From: Candidatus Arthromitus sp. SFB-mouse-Japan
GTDB lineage: Bacteria > Bacillota > Clostridia > Clostridiales > Clostridiaceae
Assembly: GCF_000270205.1 (NCBI RefSeq)
Contig: NC_015913.1
Location: 1,350,001 to 1,382,000, forward strand
Direction: 5' to 3'
DNA length: 32,000 nucleotides
The translations under genes and the position numbers were made by a program. The notes under the pieces are model-generated. The model made no database searches, had not been told where the DNA came from, and saw only the letters and a program-made list of their open reading frames with translations. Shown here piece by piece: positions 17,678-27,483 of this stretch. Position 1 is the first letter of the stretch. Every line of letters starts with the position of its first letter.

Positions 17678-20179
17678 TTAAGAATTTTTACCACAACAAG
17701 ACTTATATTTCTTTCCACTCCCGCAAGGACAGTTATCATTCCTTCCAACTTTAGCTTCTTTCCTAATTGGTTTTGCTTTAGTATCAGAAGAAGTTTCATT
17801 CGTACCTGTTTCCCTAGCAACTCTTTCTCTCTGAGGAGCTTTATCACCTCTAACGTGCATTAAATACTTGATAGTATCCAATTTTATATTCATTATCATC
17901 TCTTCAAACATAGCACTTCCCTCATATTGATATGCCTGAATTGGATCTTGTTGTTTATATGCTCTAAGCCCTATACCTTGTTTTAAATGATCCATATTAT
18001 TTATATGATCCATCCATTTAAGGTCAACAACTCTAAGTAATATTACTCTCTCAACCTCACGAAGCTGTTTTTCTCCGAACTCCTCCTCTTTTTTTGCATA
18101 TATTTTCTTTGCTATAGACACATATTTATTTATTATTTCCTTTGTATTTAAATCTTCAAGCATCTCAGGCTTAATTAACCCAACAGGAACATACAACATT
18201 TCCATATATTCTATAAGTTTATTTAAATCATTTTCTTCAGAATCAGATCCAAGTAAGTGTACATTAACCTCATATGAAACAACATCTTCAATCATAGAAA
18301 TTATTTGTTCCTTTAAATTTTCACCCTCAAGTACTCTAGAACGTTGAGAATATATTATCTCTCTTTGCTTATTTATAACATCATCATATCCTATAAGAGA
18401 TTTTCTGACATCAAAATTGTTACCCTCAACATTTTTTTGTGCATTCTCAATAGCTTTAGAAACAAATTTACTCTCAATAGCATCATCATCTGAAAGCCCA
18501 AGTCTATCTACAACAGCTTTTAATCTATCAGATCCAAATATTCTCATCAAATCATCATCTAGACTTATATAAAATCTAGAACTACCTGGATCTCCCTGGC
18601 GCCCAGCTCTTCCCTTCATCTGACCATCAACTCGACGAGATTCTGCTCTTTCAGTTCCTATAATTTTAAGACCTCCTGCTTCCGGAACACCCTTACCAAG
18701 CTTTATATCAGTACCTCTTCCAGCCATGTTTGTTGCAACTGTTATCATTCCTGATTGACCAGCCTGAGCTACAATTTCAGCCTCTTTTTCATGTGATTTA
18801 GCTGTTAGAAGTTGGTGCTTCATTCCTTTCCTTCTCAATTCATCAGACATGGCCTCAGCCTTAGAAATACTAGGAGCAACAACCAAAACAGGTTGACCTT
18901 TAAAATTACTTTCCTCAATATCTTTTATTATCGCTTTTATTTTCCCACCTTCAGTTTTAAATACTTTATCTGAATGATCAATTCTCTTAATAGGCTTATT
19001 AGTTGGAATAACTACTATATCCAAGCTATATATTTCTCTAAATTCATTTTCTTCAGTTGCAGCAGTACCTGTCATACCACTTAACTTTTTATACATTCTA
19101 AATAAATTCTGATAGGAAATAGTCGCAAGCGTTTTCGATTCCTTTTCAACTTTTACACCTTCCTTAGCTTCTATAGCCTGGTGCAAACCATCACCATATC
19201 TTCTTCCTTCCATTACCCTACCAGTATTATCATCAATTATCTCAACTTTTCCATTTACAACAATGTAATCCTTATCTCTTTTCATAGCATAGTTAGCCCT
19301 TAAAGATTGGGAAACATGGTGTTGTATACTCATATTTTGAGGGTCTGCATAATTATCAACCCTAAAGAAAGTTTCTGCTTTTTTAACACCATTATCAGTT
19401 AAAATTACAGAATTTGTTTTCTCATCTTTCTTATAATCATCTTCCTTAAGAGTTTTAGCAAAATAATCTGCTATCCTATAAAAATCAGTAGATTTATCTG
19501 CAGCACCAGATATTATTAAAGGAGTCCTTGCATCATCTATAAGAACAGAATCTATCTCATCTATAATTACAAAATTCAATCCTCTCTGAACTTTCTCCTC
19601 TTTAAATATAACCATGTTATCTCTTAAATAATCAAATCCAAACTCATTATTTGTTCCATATGTAATATCACAAGCATAAGCTTCCTGCCTTTGTTTAGAT
19701 GTAATTCCATGAACTATAGGAGCAACGCTAACACCTAAAAAATCATATATAGGCTTATTTATTTCACAATCCCTCTGTGCTAAATAATCATTAACAGTTA
19801 TTATGTGGACTCCCTCTCCTGTTATAGAATTCAAATAAGCTGGAGGTGTAGAAACCAATGTCTTTCCTTCTCCAGTCTTCATTTCCGCAATTCTCCCCTG
19901 ATGTAATACAATTCCACCAATCAATTGAACATCATAATGTCTCTTACCTATCACTCTCCTTGAAACTTCCCTTATTACAGCAAAAGCCTCTGGAAGCATT
20001 TTATCAAGAGATTCACCTTTCTTATACCTCTGTCTAAATTCATCAGTCTTACCTCTTAACTGATCATCTGATAAATTTTGTATTGATGGCTCTAAAGAAT
20101 TAATCTTTTTTATTATCTTGTTTATTTGTTTCAATTCTTTATCGCTATATGTACCAAATATTTTTGTTAATAATCCCAT
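17678..20179 (-). CDS. secA: Preprotein translocase ATPase SecA
   Basis: 833 aa. Walker [15 protein letters not shown]-like [21 protein letters not shown], and the C-terminal zinc motif [14 protein letters not shown]. Confidence 0.95.
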   Translation of the reverse strand: MGLLTKIFGTYSDKELKQINKIIKKINSLEPSIQNLSDDQLRGKTDEFRQRYKKGESLDKMLPEAFAVIREVSRRVIGKRHYDVQLIGGIVLHQGRIAEMKTGEGKTLVSTPPAYLNSITGEGVHIITVNDYLAQRDCEINKPIYDFLGVSVAPIVHGITSKQRQEAYACDITYGTNNEFGFDYLRDNMVIFKEEKVQRGLNFVIIDEIDSVLIDDARTPLIISGAADKSTDFYRIADYFAKTLKEDDYKKDEKTNSVILTDNGVKKAETFFRVDNYADPQNMSIQHHVSQSLRANYAMKRDKDYIVVNGKVEIIDDNTGRVMEGRRYGDGLHQAIEAKEGVKVEKESKTLATISYQNLFRMYKKLSGMTGTAATEENEFREIYSLDIVVIPTNKPIKRIDHSDKVFKTEGGKIKAIIKDIEESNFKGQPVLVVAPSISKAEAMSDELRRKGMKHQLLTAKSHEKEAEIVAQAGQSGMITVATNMAGRGTDIKLGKGVPEAGGLKIIGTERAESRRVDGQMKGRAGRQGDPGSSRFYISLDDDLMRIFGSDRLKAVVDRLGLSDDDAIESKFVSKAIENAQKNVEGNNFDVRKSLIGYDDVINKQREIIYSQRSRVLEGENLKEQIISMIEDVVSYEVNVHLLGSDSEENDLNKLIEYMEMLYVPVGLIKPEMLEDLNTKEIINKYVSIAKKIYAKKEEEFGEKQLREVERVILLRVVDLKWMDHINNMDHLKQGIGLRAYKQQDPIQAYQYEGSAMFEEMIMNIKLDTIKYLMHVRGDKAPQRERVARETGTNETSSDTKAKPIRKEAKVGRNDNCPCGSGKKYKSCCGKNS

Positions 20180-20285
20180 TAATTTTCATCCTCACACTAC
20201 ACTAACACTTATAATTATATTATCTTAATTTTATATTAAAATTAAACATATAATTTATTTTTTTATTCTATATGCTTAATAAACA

Positions 20286-20315
20286 GGTTAAGGTGTTCAA
20301 TTGAACACCTTAACC
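20286..20315 (-). terminator. Intrinsic terminator after hpf
   Basis: 13-bp perfect stem ggttaaggtgttc / gaacaccttaacc with loop AATT, 6 nt after the hpf stop. A U-rich tail follows on the minus strand. Confidence 0.65.
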
Positions 20316-20320
20316 CAAAA

Positions 20321-20854
20321 TTAATATTCTGCTTCTATAAGTCCATAATTACCAGATTTTCTCCTATATAACACATTAACATCATTCGTCTCTGCATTGA
20401 TAAAAACATAAAAATCATGTCCAATAAGTTCCATTTGGAGTATTGCCTCATCCTTATACATAGGCTTAATTGGAAACTTTTTAACTTTTATAATAATATC
20501 GTCTTCTAAATCATCATTTTCTATATTATCAAGTAATATATCCAAACTTCTTATATCTTTATTACTATATTTCTTAACAAGCTTAGTCTTTTGTCTGCGA
20601 ATTTGCTTATATAATTTATCTACAACTAAATCTATAGCAATATACAAATCACTATTTCTCTCCTGAGCTCTTAAATATATACCATTAAATAAAATACCAA
20701 CTTCTATTATTTGATTATTCTTTTCAACGCTCAGAGTAACGTGGGCTTCTAATTCTTGTGAAAAATAATTATCTAATTTAGATAATTTTTTATTTATAGC
20801 ATCTTCCAACGCACGAGTAACTTCTATATTCTTACCATGAATAACAATTTTCAT
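20321..20854 (-). CDS. hpf: Ribosome hibernation promoting factor, long form (HPF/RaiA/YvyD family)
   Basis: MKIVIHGKNIEVTRALEDAINKKLSKLDNYF..., followed by a C-terminal dimerisation-type domain (KPMYKDEAILQMELIGHDFYVFINAETNDVNVLYRRKSGNYGLIE). I prefer the ATG at 20854 to the TTG at 20863. Confidence 0.9.
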   Translation of the reverse strand: MKIVIHGKNIEVTRALEDAINKKLSKLDNYFSQELEAHVTLSVEKNNQIIEVGILFNGIYLRAQERNSDLYIAIDLVVDKLYKQIRRQKTKLVKKYSNKDIRSLDILLDNIENDDLEDDIIIKVKKFPIKPMYKDEAILQMELIGHDFYVFINAETNDVNVLYRRKSGNYGLIEAEY

Positions 20855-20879
20855 TAACCTCAAGCCCCTTTATTTTAAA

Positions 20880-21090
20880 ATTAAAGCTAGTTGACCTGGT
20901 CTTTTACCCCACACTCGCCTGCTGGAGCTTTCGCTAATAAAAACTAATTCCTCACTACTAACCCTCTCATACATAAATGGCAGGTCTTACTCCTAAGCCG
21001 CACCATGATAATTAAAAATCTATTTTTAATTTACGTGGATCGTTTCGCCTGCGACTGGCATCGATTTTCAACCACAAACCTAGCTTTACT
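20880..21090 (-). ncRNA. Structured RNA in the comFC-hpf spacer, candidate raiA-motif RNA
   Basis: There is no ORF. My hand count gives about 42% G+C over 20881-21090, against strongly AT-rich flanks. A 9-bp closing helix joins 21080-21088 and 20882-20890 (UAAAGCUAG/CUAGCUUUA). Internal hairpins include a GNRA-capped AGC-GAAA-GCU at 20926-20935 and an AU hairpin at 21011-21030. A possible 6-bp long-range pair links GACCUG (20981-20986) with CAGGUC (20893-20898). The class assignment rests on the genomic context I remember for raiA-motif RNAs (between comFC and raiA/hpf), not on a covariance-model score. Confidence 0.6.
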
Positions 21091-21092
21091 AT

Positions 21093-21122
21093 ATTTTAAA
21101 TTAAAGTTTTCGCAATTGTCAA
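21093..21122 (-). promoter_or_regulatory. Near-consensus sigma-A promoter driving the spacer RNA/hpf
   Basis: Minus strand: TTGACA (21122-21117), 18-nt spacer, TAAAAT (21098-21093). The -10 overlaps the comFC stop codon. The predicted start near 21086-21088 coincides with the first base of the RNA closing helix. Confidence 0.55.
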
Positions 21123-21755
21123 TACACTTAAATCCATTTCAAATGTACTTTTTTTAATAATCCCGCAAACCTCATTTAAAGTACTATAAGTTGTCGCTAC
21201 ATCATCTATAATTAAAACTTTCTTATTCCTTAACATACTCAAATCTACATGCTTATTTATAAAAAATTTATCCTTTATATTAACTGTTCTCTCCGATATG
21301 TCTAACTTTTTTTGATCATGTTTTTTACCAATACAATATAAAAGCTTAATATACGGTATATCTAAACTCTTACTTAACGTCTTAGTCAAATAATGACTCT
21401 GATCAAACCCTTCTTTTTTAATCTTGTTCCTATCTCTAGGAACATAACTCAAATAATCTATTTTGATATTTAACTTCTTAATATAAGAGTTTAAAATAAT
21501 ACTCAAATACTCACCAGACCTAAAATCTTTATGTATTTTAAAATTGTATATTATATTTTTCATAGTGCCAAAATAATAGCAAGCATTATATGCATGAAAA
21601 TCATTAAAATCAACTCTATTAAAATCCTCATTAAACTTAATATCCCGCATACATTCGTGACAAATAAATTTATCATCTATTTTTTCATAACAACTTACAC
21701 ACAAATTTAAATTAGGATAAATCAAATCTAATATTTTCTTACTCCACTTTCCCAA
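21096..21755 (-). CDS. comFC: ComFC/ComF-family protein (N-terminal Cys4 finger plus phosphoribosyltransferase-type domain)
   Basis: CVSC...CHEC at the N-terminus and the PRT-type loop VLIIDDVATTYSTL near the C-terminus. It sits in the conserved position upstream of hpf. Confidence 0.8.
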   Translation of the reverse strand: MGKWSKKILDLIYPNLNLCVSCYEKIDDKFICHECMRDIKFNEDFNRVDFNDFHAYNACYYFGTMKNIIYNFKIHKDFRSGEYLSIILNSYIKKLNIKIDYLSYVPRDRNKIKKEGFDQSHYLTKTLSKSLDIPYIKLLYCIGKKHDQKKLDISERTVNIKDKFFINKHVDLSMLRNKKVLIIDDVATTYSTLNEVCGIIKKSTFEMDLSVLTIAKTLI

Positions 21756-22621
21756 AGTTTCTTATTATAACTCCTTGAAATTACTTTTGCCATAATTATT
21801 TCTATATTTTCATAATTAGATACAAAAATAATTTCATTTTTACGATTTGTTAAAAATTTACACATCCCACATATAGTAAGTAAACTTTTATAATTAAATT
21901 TACTGCTACAAGCAAAAAACACTATTATGTTAAAATTATTATACATGGGATTATCAACTATAAAATTATATAATTCTAAAAGATACTCACTAGTTGTCAA
22001 ATATATATAATATCCATCATTAATTCTATTTACAAAATCATTAAAAGATTTAAATTCATTATACATATATATCTTCTTAATCTTAGGAAATAGTAAACTA
22101 TATTTCCTCATATATTTACTTACATTGAAACATGATTTATCATCTTTAGTAATAAGTATAACCTTTGTTTTATTAAGCATAAACCACTTTAAAAATTCAA
22201 ATACGACATGTGGCATATCTTCATTTAAATTTATTTTAGTTTGTATACTCCTAGGTTCTTTAAATAAACTCAAATCTTCGTTCATTTCATACAATACTTT
22301 ATCCTTAAACATCTTCTTCATACTTATTATAATCTTTTTACTTATACGTATGTCTTCAACATATTCTCTTATAAAATAATCATCAACTGAAGATATTCCT
22401 GTCACATCATCTACAATTAATAAATCAAATTGATTTCTTCTATCTATATTTAAAAATGTACTTAAAAAAACTATAGAATCTACATCAACTCTTTTACTCA
22501 ATAAAAATTTCTTCACGCATTCCTCATTATGAGTTATATACAATATTTTCTTATTGCTACTTAAAAGATTATTTATTAATAAAATTATACTCGATAAATT
22601 ATAAAATGGATGAGATACCAA
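21728..22621 (-). CDS. ComFA-like protein lacking the N-terminal region and the helicase ATPase motifs (possible relic)
   Basis: It is collinear with the helicase core of B. subtilis ComFA as I recall it: NKKILYITHNEECVKKF ~ LRVCIATPRTDVVLEL; FDLLIVDDV ~ DVMIIDEVD; YIYLTTSEYLLE ~ LLITTTILERG; LLTICGMCK ~ VQIAGRTGR. There is no GxxxxGK[ST], DE is replaced by DD, and the motif VI arginines are gone. It is only 297 aa from a TTG. The frame is open upstream to the recD2 stop with no ATG. It overlaps comFC by 28 nt. Confidence 0.5.
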   Translation of the reverse strand: MVSHPFYNLSSIILLINNLLSSNKKILYITHNEECVKKFLLSKRVDVDSIVFLSTFLNIDRRNQFDLLIVDDVTGISSVDDYFIREYVEDIRISKKIIISMKKMFKDKVLYEMNEDLSLFKEPRSIQTKINLNEDMPHVVFEFLKWFMLNKTKVILITKDDKSCFNVSKYMRKYSLLFPKIKKIYMYNEFKSFNDFVNRINDGYYIYLTTSEYLLELYNFIVDNPMYNNFNIIVFFACSSKFNYKSLLTICGMCKFLTNRKNEIIFVSNYENIEIIMAKVISRSYNKKLWESGVRKY

Positions 22622-22724
22622 ATTTAATATGCCTTCCCCTGATGTAGAAAACCATTTAGTTAGGCTATAAAAATTATAATTTATATTATTATTCTTACTA
22701 TGCGTTAAAATTTTAAACTCACTC

Positions 22725-24953
22725 CTAATTTTTATCTAATAAATTAATCACTTCATTAAATAAGTATTTTAAAGATGAATATCTAATAATCTTTGAAGTA
22801 TTTTTTATCATATATGTTAAATAATTTATATCACCAACTAATACAACATATTTTTTAGCTCTAGTAACCGCTGTATACAATATATTTCTATTCATCAGCA
22901 TACTAGAGAATTTAAATATAGGCAATATAATAACTGGAAATTCACTCCCTTGACTTTTATGTATAGTAATAGCATAAGCATGTTCAATTTCACTTAATAA
23001 ATTCTTTGTATATTTAAACACCTTACTGTCATCATATATAATACTTAATTCTTTTTCGTTTATATCTATAATATACCCAATATCCCCATTAAACACTCCT
23101 ATTGCTTGTTCTTCATCATGTATATTATATCCTCTAATCTCATAATTATTTTTAATCTGCATAACCTTATCTCCAACTCGATAACATTTTCCCCCATATA
23201 TTAATTCATCCTTATTAATATCCTTTGGATTTATGTTCTCTTGAAGTAAACTATTAAGATTTGAAACTCCCAATACTCCTCCTCTTATTGGAGATAAAAT
23301 CTGTATGTCTTTTAACTTATCAATCTTATATTCAAAGAATTTAGGTATCCTAAAAGATACTAAATCTACTAAAATTTTACATATATTCTCCTCACTACTA
23401 TCTTTTATAATATAAAAATCACTATCTTTTTTGTTTAATATAAGTTCCTCTCCATTATTAATCTTATGAGCATTCAAAACTATAAAACTATTTTGCTTTT
23501 GCCTATATATTTTATTTAAATATGAAACTGGAAATATACCACTGTTTATTATATCTCTTAAAAAATTTCCAGGACCAATTGATGGAAGTTGATCAACATC
23601 TCCAACTATTACTATCTTTGTTCCTATTTTCAATGCTTCAAATAATTTGCTTGCAATCAAAACATCAACCATTGATGCTTCATCTATTATTATAGCATCA
23701 CACTTTATTTTATTATTTTCATTTTTCCCTATATATCCAAACTCTTCATTATCACTAGTTGAAATTTCAAGAACTCTATGTATAGTTTTAGCTTCAAATC
23801 CTGTAGTTTCCATCATTCTTTTTGCTGCTCTCCCAGTTGGTGCAACCATTATTGGATTAAATCCATAATTAAGAAGTGTGCTTAAAATAAATTTTATTAT
23901 AGTTGTTTTCCCTGTACCAGGTCCACCCGTTATTATATGCACACCATTTTTTATACCGCCAACTAGTGCCTCAATCTGATCTTCCGAAAATTTAAAATCA
24001 TTCTTATTCTCAAACTCAAGTATATCTCTATAGATATCAATATTAAATTTATCCTTATATCCTATATATAACCTAATTAAATTTGAACATATCTCATATT
24101 CTGCCATATATATGTTTGTCAAAAAAACACATTTTATATTACTATTTTCATAGTTAAATTCCTTCTCTACAATAATACCACATGATAAAATATCATTATA
24201 AACTTCAATTATTTTTTCTTCAGAAATACATAATAACTCTTTACTTTTCTCAATCATCTCATTATATAATATAAATGTATTTCCAAATTTCAAATTATCC
24301 TTAAGCACATAAAATATACCGCTTCTAACCCTATTTGAATTCTCATTTGGTATATTTAGTTTCTTTCCTATTAAATCCACCTTCTTAAATCCAAATCCAT
24401 TAATCTTTCCTATAAGCATATATGGATCCTCACGAATAATATTTACAGCTTCTTCACGAAATAAACTATAAATTTTATTTGCATTATTTAAAGAAAATCC
24501 AATATTTATAAGATCTAAAATTATCTCTTTATCATTTTTATCTCTATTCAAAGCACTTTTTATCTCTAAGAACTTCTTTTCCCCAATACCTTCAACTTCT
24601 TTTAATCTTTCAGTATAATTATTTATTATATCAAGAGTTTGATCTCCAAACTTCTCAATTATTTTCTTAGCTGTTTTCCTACCAATTCCAACAAATAAAG
24701 AAGACGATAAATAACTCTCTATGTCATTTGTAACACTTAAAATCCTCTTCTCTAAAAAGGAAACTTTAAATCTCTCACCATATTTACCATTGATTTCAAA
24801 ATTCCCATTAACTTCCACGTAATCATTTCTATTAATATTATTATCATTATATACACATATTATTTCTTTACCTTCATCGTCTACAAGTATAAATATAGAG
24901 AACTTAACAGAAGTATAAATAATATTTTTAATAGCACCTATTAATTTTTTCAT
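22725..24953 (-). CDS. recD2: SF1B DNA helicase RecD2 (RecD-like, with HhH N-terminal region)
   Basis: Walker A ITGGPGTGKTT, Walker B AIIIDEASMVD, VGDVDQLPSIGPG, and the C-terminal AITIHKSQGSEFP and LYTAVTRAKK motifs. The ATG at 24953 (GAGGGGA just upstream) is preferred. An alternative ATG at 24965 would add MRGR. Confidence 0.9.
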   Translation of the reverse strand: MKKLIGAIKNIIYTSVKFSIFILVDDEGKEIICVYNDNNINRNDYVEVNGNFEINGKYGERFKVSFLEKRILSVTNDIESYLSSSLFVGIGRKTAKKIIEKFGDQTLDIINNYTERLKEVEGIGEKKFLEIKSALNRDKNDKEIILDLINIGFSLNNANKIYSLFREEAVNIIREDPYMLIGKINGFGFKKVDLIGKKLNIPNENSNRVRSGIFYVLKDNLKFGNTFILYNEMIEKSKELLCISEEKIIEVYNDILSCGIIVEKEFNYENSNIKCVFLTNIYMAEYEICSNLIRLYIGYKDKFNIDIYRDILEFENKNDFKFSEDQIEALVGGIKNGVHIITGGPGTGKTTIIKFILSTLLNYGFNPIMVAPTGRAAKRMMETTGFEAKTIHRVLEISTSDNEEFGYIGKNENNKIKCDAIIIDEASMVDVLIASKLFEALKIGTKIVIVGDVDQLPSIGPGNFLRDIINSGIFPVSYLNKIYRQKQNSFIVLNAHKINNGEELILNKKDSDFYIIKDSSEENICKILVDLVSFRIPKFFEYKIDKLKDIQILSPIRGGVLGVSNLNSLLQENINPKDINKDELIYGGKCYRVGDKVMQIKNNYEIRGYNIHDEEQAIGVFNGDIGYIIDINEKELSIIYDDSKVFKYTKNLLSEIEHAYAITIHKSQGSEFPVIILPIFKFSSMLMNRNILYTAVTRAKKYVVLVGDINYLTYMIKNTSKIIRYSSLKYLFNEVINLLDKN

Positions 24954-25019
24954 TCGTCCCCTCATAAATAATCCTAAAAAAATATAATATATTATATCAC
25001 AAATATCTTAATCATTTAT

Positions 25020-25049
25020 TTGACACGCATACTCTGATGAAATTAAAAT
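25020..25049 (+). promoter_or_regulatory. Candidate sigma-A promoter for nagA
   Basis: TTGACA (25020-25025), 18-nt spacer, TAAAAT (25044-25049), about 22 nt upstream of the TTG start and its AAGGAG RBS. Confidence 0.4.
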
Positions 25050-25071
25050 GTATAAAAAGGAGTTGAAATAA

Positions 25072-26217
25072 TTGTTAATAAAAAATGTTAAATTGATATT
25101 TACTGATTCAATTGTTCCTGGAAGTGTAGTTATACAAAACGGCAAAATATACAAAATATTTTTAAACCACAATCCAAGATATGAAGGTGAAATTTTAGAT
25201 GGTGAAGGACTATACCTATCTCCTGGATTTATAGATATTCATATACATGGTGCAAGTAACCACGATACTATGGATGCATCTTATGAAGGTATTATAGAGA
25301 TATCCAATACTTTATTGAAACACGGTGTAACATCATTTCTTCCAACTACTATGACATGTTCAAAAGAAGATATAAGAAATGCTCTTAAAAATATATATCA
25401 AATAATCAAAGACAATACATCACCTAACAACATACTAGGTGTTCATTTAGAAGGACCTTTTATTAGTAAGGAAAGGATCGGTGCACAAAATCCAGAATTT
25501 TTGTTAGAACCATCTATAGATAATTTCAAAGAAATAGTTGAAGATTATGAAGAAATTATAAAAATCGTAACTTTAGCTCCCGAAATTGAAGGAGCATCGA
25601 ATTTAATTAAATATTTAAACGATAAAAAGATAGTCGCATCAATAGGTCACACTAATGCAACATATGAAGAAGCTCTATGTAGCATTAAAAATGGTATATC
25701 TCATGCAACTCATCTCTTCAATGCAATGACTCCATTTACTCATAGAAGCCCTGGAGTTGTAGGTGCAATATTAAATTCAAATATTACAGCTGAATGTATT
25801 TTAGATGGAATACATATCCATTATGCCGCACTAGACATGGCAATAAAAATTAAATCAAATAATAAAATAGTACTAATAACAGATGCTATGAGAGCATGCT
25901 GTATGAAAGATGGAAACTACACATTAGGAGGTCAAAATGTTATAGTTAAAGATTCTAATGCAAGACTTGAAAATGGTTCTCTTGCAGGATCGGTATTAAC
26001 ATTAAACAAAGCAGTATATAATGTCAAAAATAACTTAAACATCCCTCTTAATGAAATAATAAAACTTGTTACCATAAATCCATCAAAAATATGTAAAACT
26101 CAATTAACTAAAGGACTCATAAAAGAAGGATATGATGCAGATCTAGTATTATTTGATGAAGACATAAATATAAAACACGTATTTGTTAATGGGAATAAAA
26201 AAGAAGGTATTAGCTAA
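25072..26217 (+). CDS. nagA: N-acetylglucosamine-6-phosphate deacetylase
   Basis: Amidohydrolase motifs [34 protein letters not shown] and VLITDAM. TTG start with AAGGAG 9 nt upstream. Confidence 0.9.
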   Translation: MLIKNVKLIFTDSIVPGSVVIQNGKIYKIFLNHNPRYEGEILDGEGLYLSPGFIDIHIHGASNHDTMDASYEGIIEISNTLLKHGVTSFLPTTMTCSKEDIRNALKNIYQIIKDNTSPNNILGVHLEGPFISKERIGAQNPEFLLEPSIDNFKEIVEDYEEIIKIVTLAPEIEGASNLIKYLNDKKIVASIGHTNATYEEALCSIKNGISHATHLFNAMTPFTHRSPGVVGAILNSNITAECILDGIHIHYAALDMAIKIKSNNKIVLITDAMRACCMKDGNYTLGGQNVIVKDSNARLENGSLAGSVLTLNKAVYNVKNNLNIPLNEIIKLVTINPSKICKTQLTKGLIKEGYDADLVLFDEDINIKHVFVNGNKKEGIS

Positions 26218-26234
26218 ATACTAATACCTTCTTT
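26200..26234. terminator. Bidirectional hairpin embedded in the 3' ends of convergent nagA and metK
   Basis: Perfect 14-bp stem aaagaaggtattag (26200-26213) / ctaataccttcttt (26221-26234) with a 7-nt loop. The two stop codons (TAA 26215-26217, TAG on the minus strand 26216-26214) lie in the loop. Confidence 0.6.
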
Positions 26235-27410
26235 CTTCAATAATGATTTTATTTCATTTACCTTATCTAATTTCTCCCAAGGAACATTTAAATCATTTCT
26301 CCCAAAATGACCATAACTAGCAACTTGTCGATATATAGGTCTCCTCAAATCAAGAATTTTTATTAATCCTCCTGGACTCAAATCAAAAACTCTATCTATA
26401 ATATCATATATATTACTCTTATCTATTTTTTCGCTTCCAAAAGTTTCAACAAATATAGACACAGGACTAGCTACTCCTATTGCATATGCTAGTTGAATTT
26501 CAACCTTATCACATAAACCAGAAGCAACAAGATTTTTAGCAACCCATCTTGCTCCATAAGCAGCAGTTCTATCAACTTTTGTTGGATCTTTCCCTGAAAA
26601 AGCCCCTCCTCCATGCCTAGAAAATCCACCATATGTATCAACAATTATTTTCCTACCAGTAAGTCCACTATCTCCATGAGGTCCACCTATGACAAAACGT
26701 CCAGTCGGATTTATCAAATACTTAGTATTATTATCTAATAATTCCTTTGAAATAGTGGGTTCTACAACATTTTTTATTAAATCAGTTCTTATCTTATCTT
26801 GGGTCACAATTTCATCATGCTGAGTTGATATCAGTATAGTGTCAATTCTAAAAGGCTTGTCTCCATCATACTCAACCGTAACTTGAGTTTTTCCATCAGG
26901 TCTCAAATAATTCAATATACCTTCTTTTCTAACTTCTGCCAATCTTTTAGCTAATTTATGAGCCAATATTATAGGAAGTGGCATAAATTCCTCAGTTTCA
27001 TTACAAGCATATCCAAACATTATGCCTTGATCACCAGCACCTATAAATTTATTCTCACTAACTACATCATTTCTTTTTTCAAACGATTCATCAACACCTA
27101 TAGCTATATCAGATGATTGACCATGTATAAAATTAGCTATCGCACAAGTATTAGAATCAAAACCATATTCTGCCTTATTATATCCAATATCATTTACTAT
27201 TTTTCTTACTATACTTTGAACATCTACATAACAATTAGTTGTAATTTCACCAATAACGTTTACAATTCCAGTTGTAACACTAATTTCACACGCTACTCTA
27301 GCTAAAGGATCTTTAGCTAATATAAAATCTAATATACCATCAGAAATTTGATCACACATTTTATCTGGGTGACCTTCTGTAACAGATTCTGAAGTAAATA
27401 ACCTTTTCAT
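26214..27410 (-). CDS. metK: S-adenosylmethionine synthase
   Basis: [46 protein letters not shown]. 398 aa. GGAGGG RBS. Confidence 0.95.
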   Translation of the reverse strand: MKRLFTSESVTEGHPDKMCDQISDGILDFILAKDPLARVACEISVTTGIVNVIGEITTNCYVDVQSIVRKIVNDIGYNKAEYGFDSNTCAIANFIHGQSSDIAIGVDESFEKRNDVVSENKFIGAGDQGIMFGYACNETEEFMPLPIILAHKLAKRLAEVRKEGILNYLRPDGKTQVTVEYDGDKPFRIDTILISTQHDEIVTQDKIRTDLIKNVVEPTISKELLDNNTKYLINPTGRFVIGGPHGDSGLTGRKIIVDTYGGFSRHGGGAFSGKDPTKVDRTAAYGARWVAKNLVASGLCDKVEIQLAYAIGVASPVSIFVETFGSEKIDKSNIYDIIDRVFDLSPGGLIKILDLRRPIYRQVASYGHFGRNDLNVPWEKLDKVNEIKSLLKKEGISI

Positions 27411-27440
27411 ATCAACCCTCCTAGATTATAAAAATTTACA

Positions 27441-27474
27441 CAAAAAATAAAAAATAACCCTTCTATCAAGAAGG
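27441..27474 (-). terminator. Terminator of the tRNA operon (short stem, long U-tract)
   Basis: Stem ccttct (27459-27464) / agaagg (27469-27474) with a 4-nt loop. On the minus strand it is followed by GUUAUUUUUUAUUUUUUG. It lies 10 nt after the last tRNA. Confidence 0.5.
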
Positions 27475-27483
27475 ATTAAAGCA

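Noticed and set aside
17584-17847. 87-aa minus-strand ORF overlapping the secA 3' end
   Set aside because: It is out of frame with secA over most of its length. Its 3' part is explained by the prfB frame-0 leader region. It is not an independent gene.
20180-20285. Regulatory RNA or leader upstream of secA
   Set aside because: The stretch is almost pure A/T with no stable stems apart from the hpf terminator. I could not define a convincing promoter or structure, so nothing is reported.
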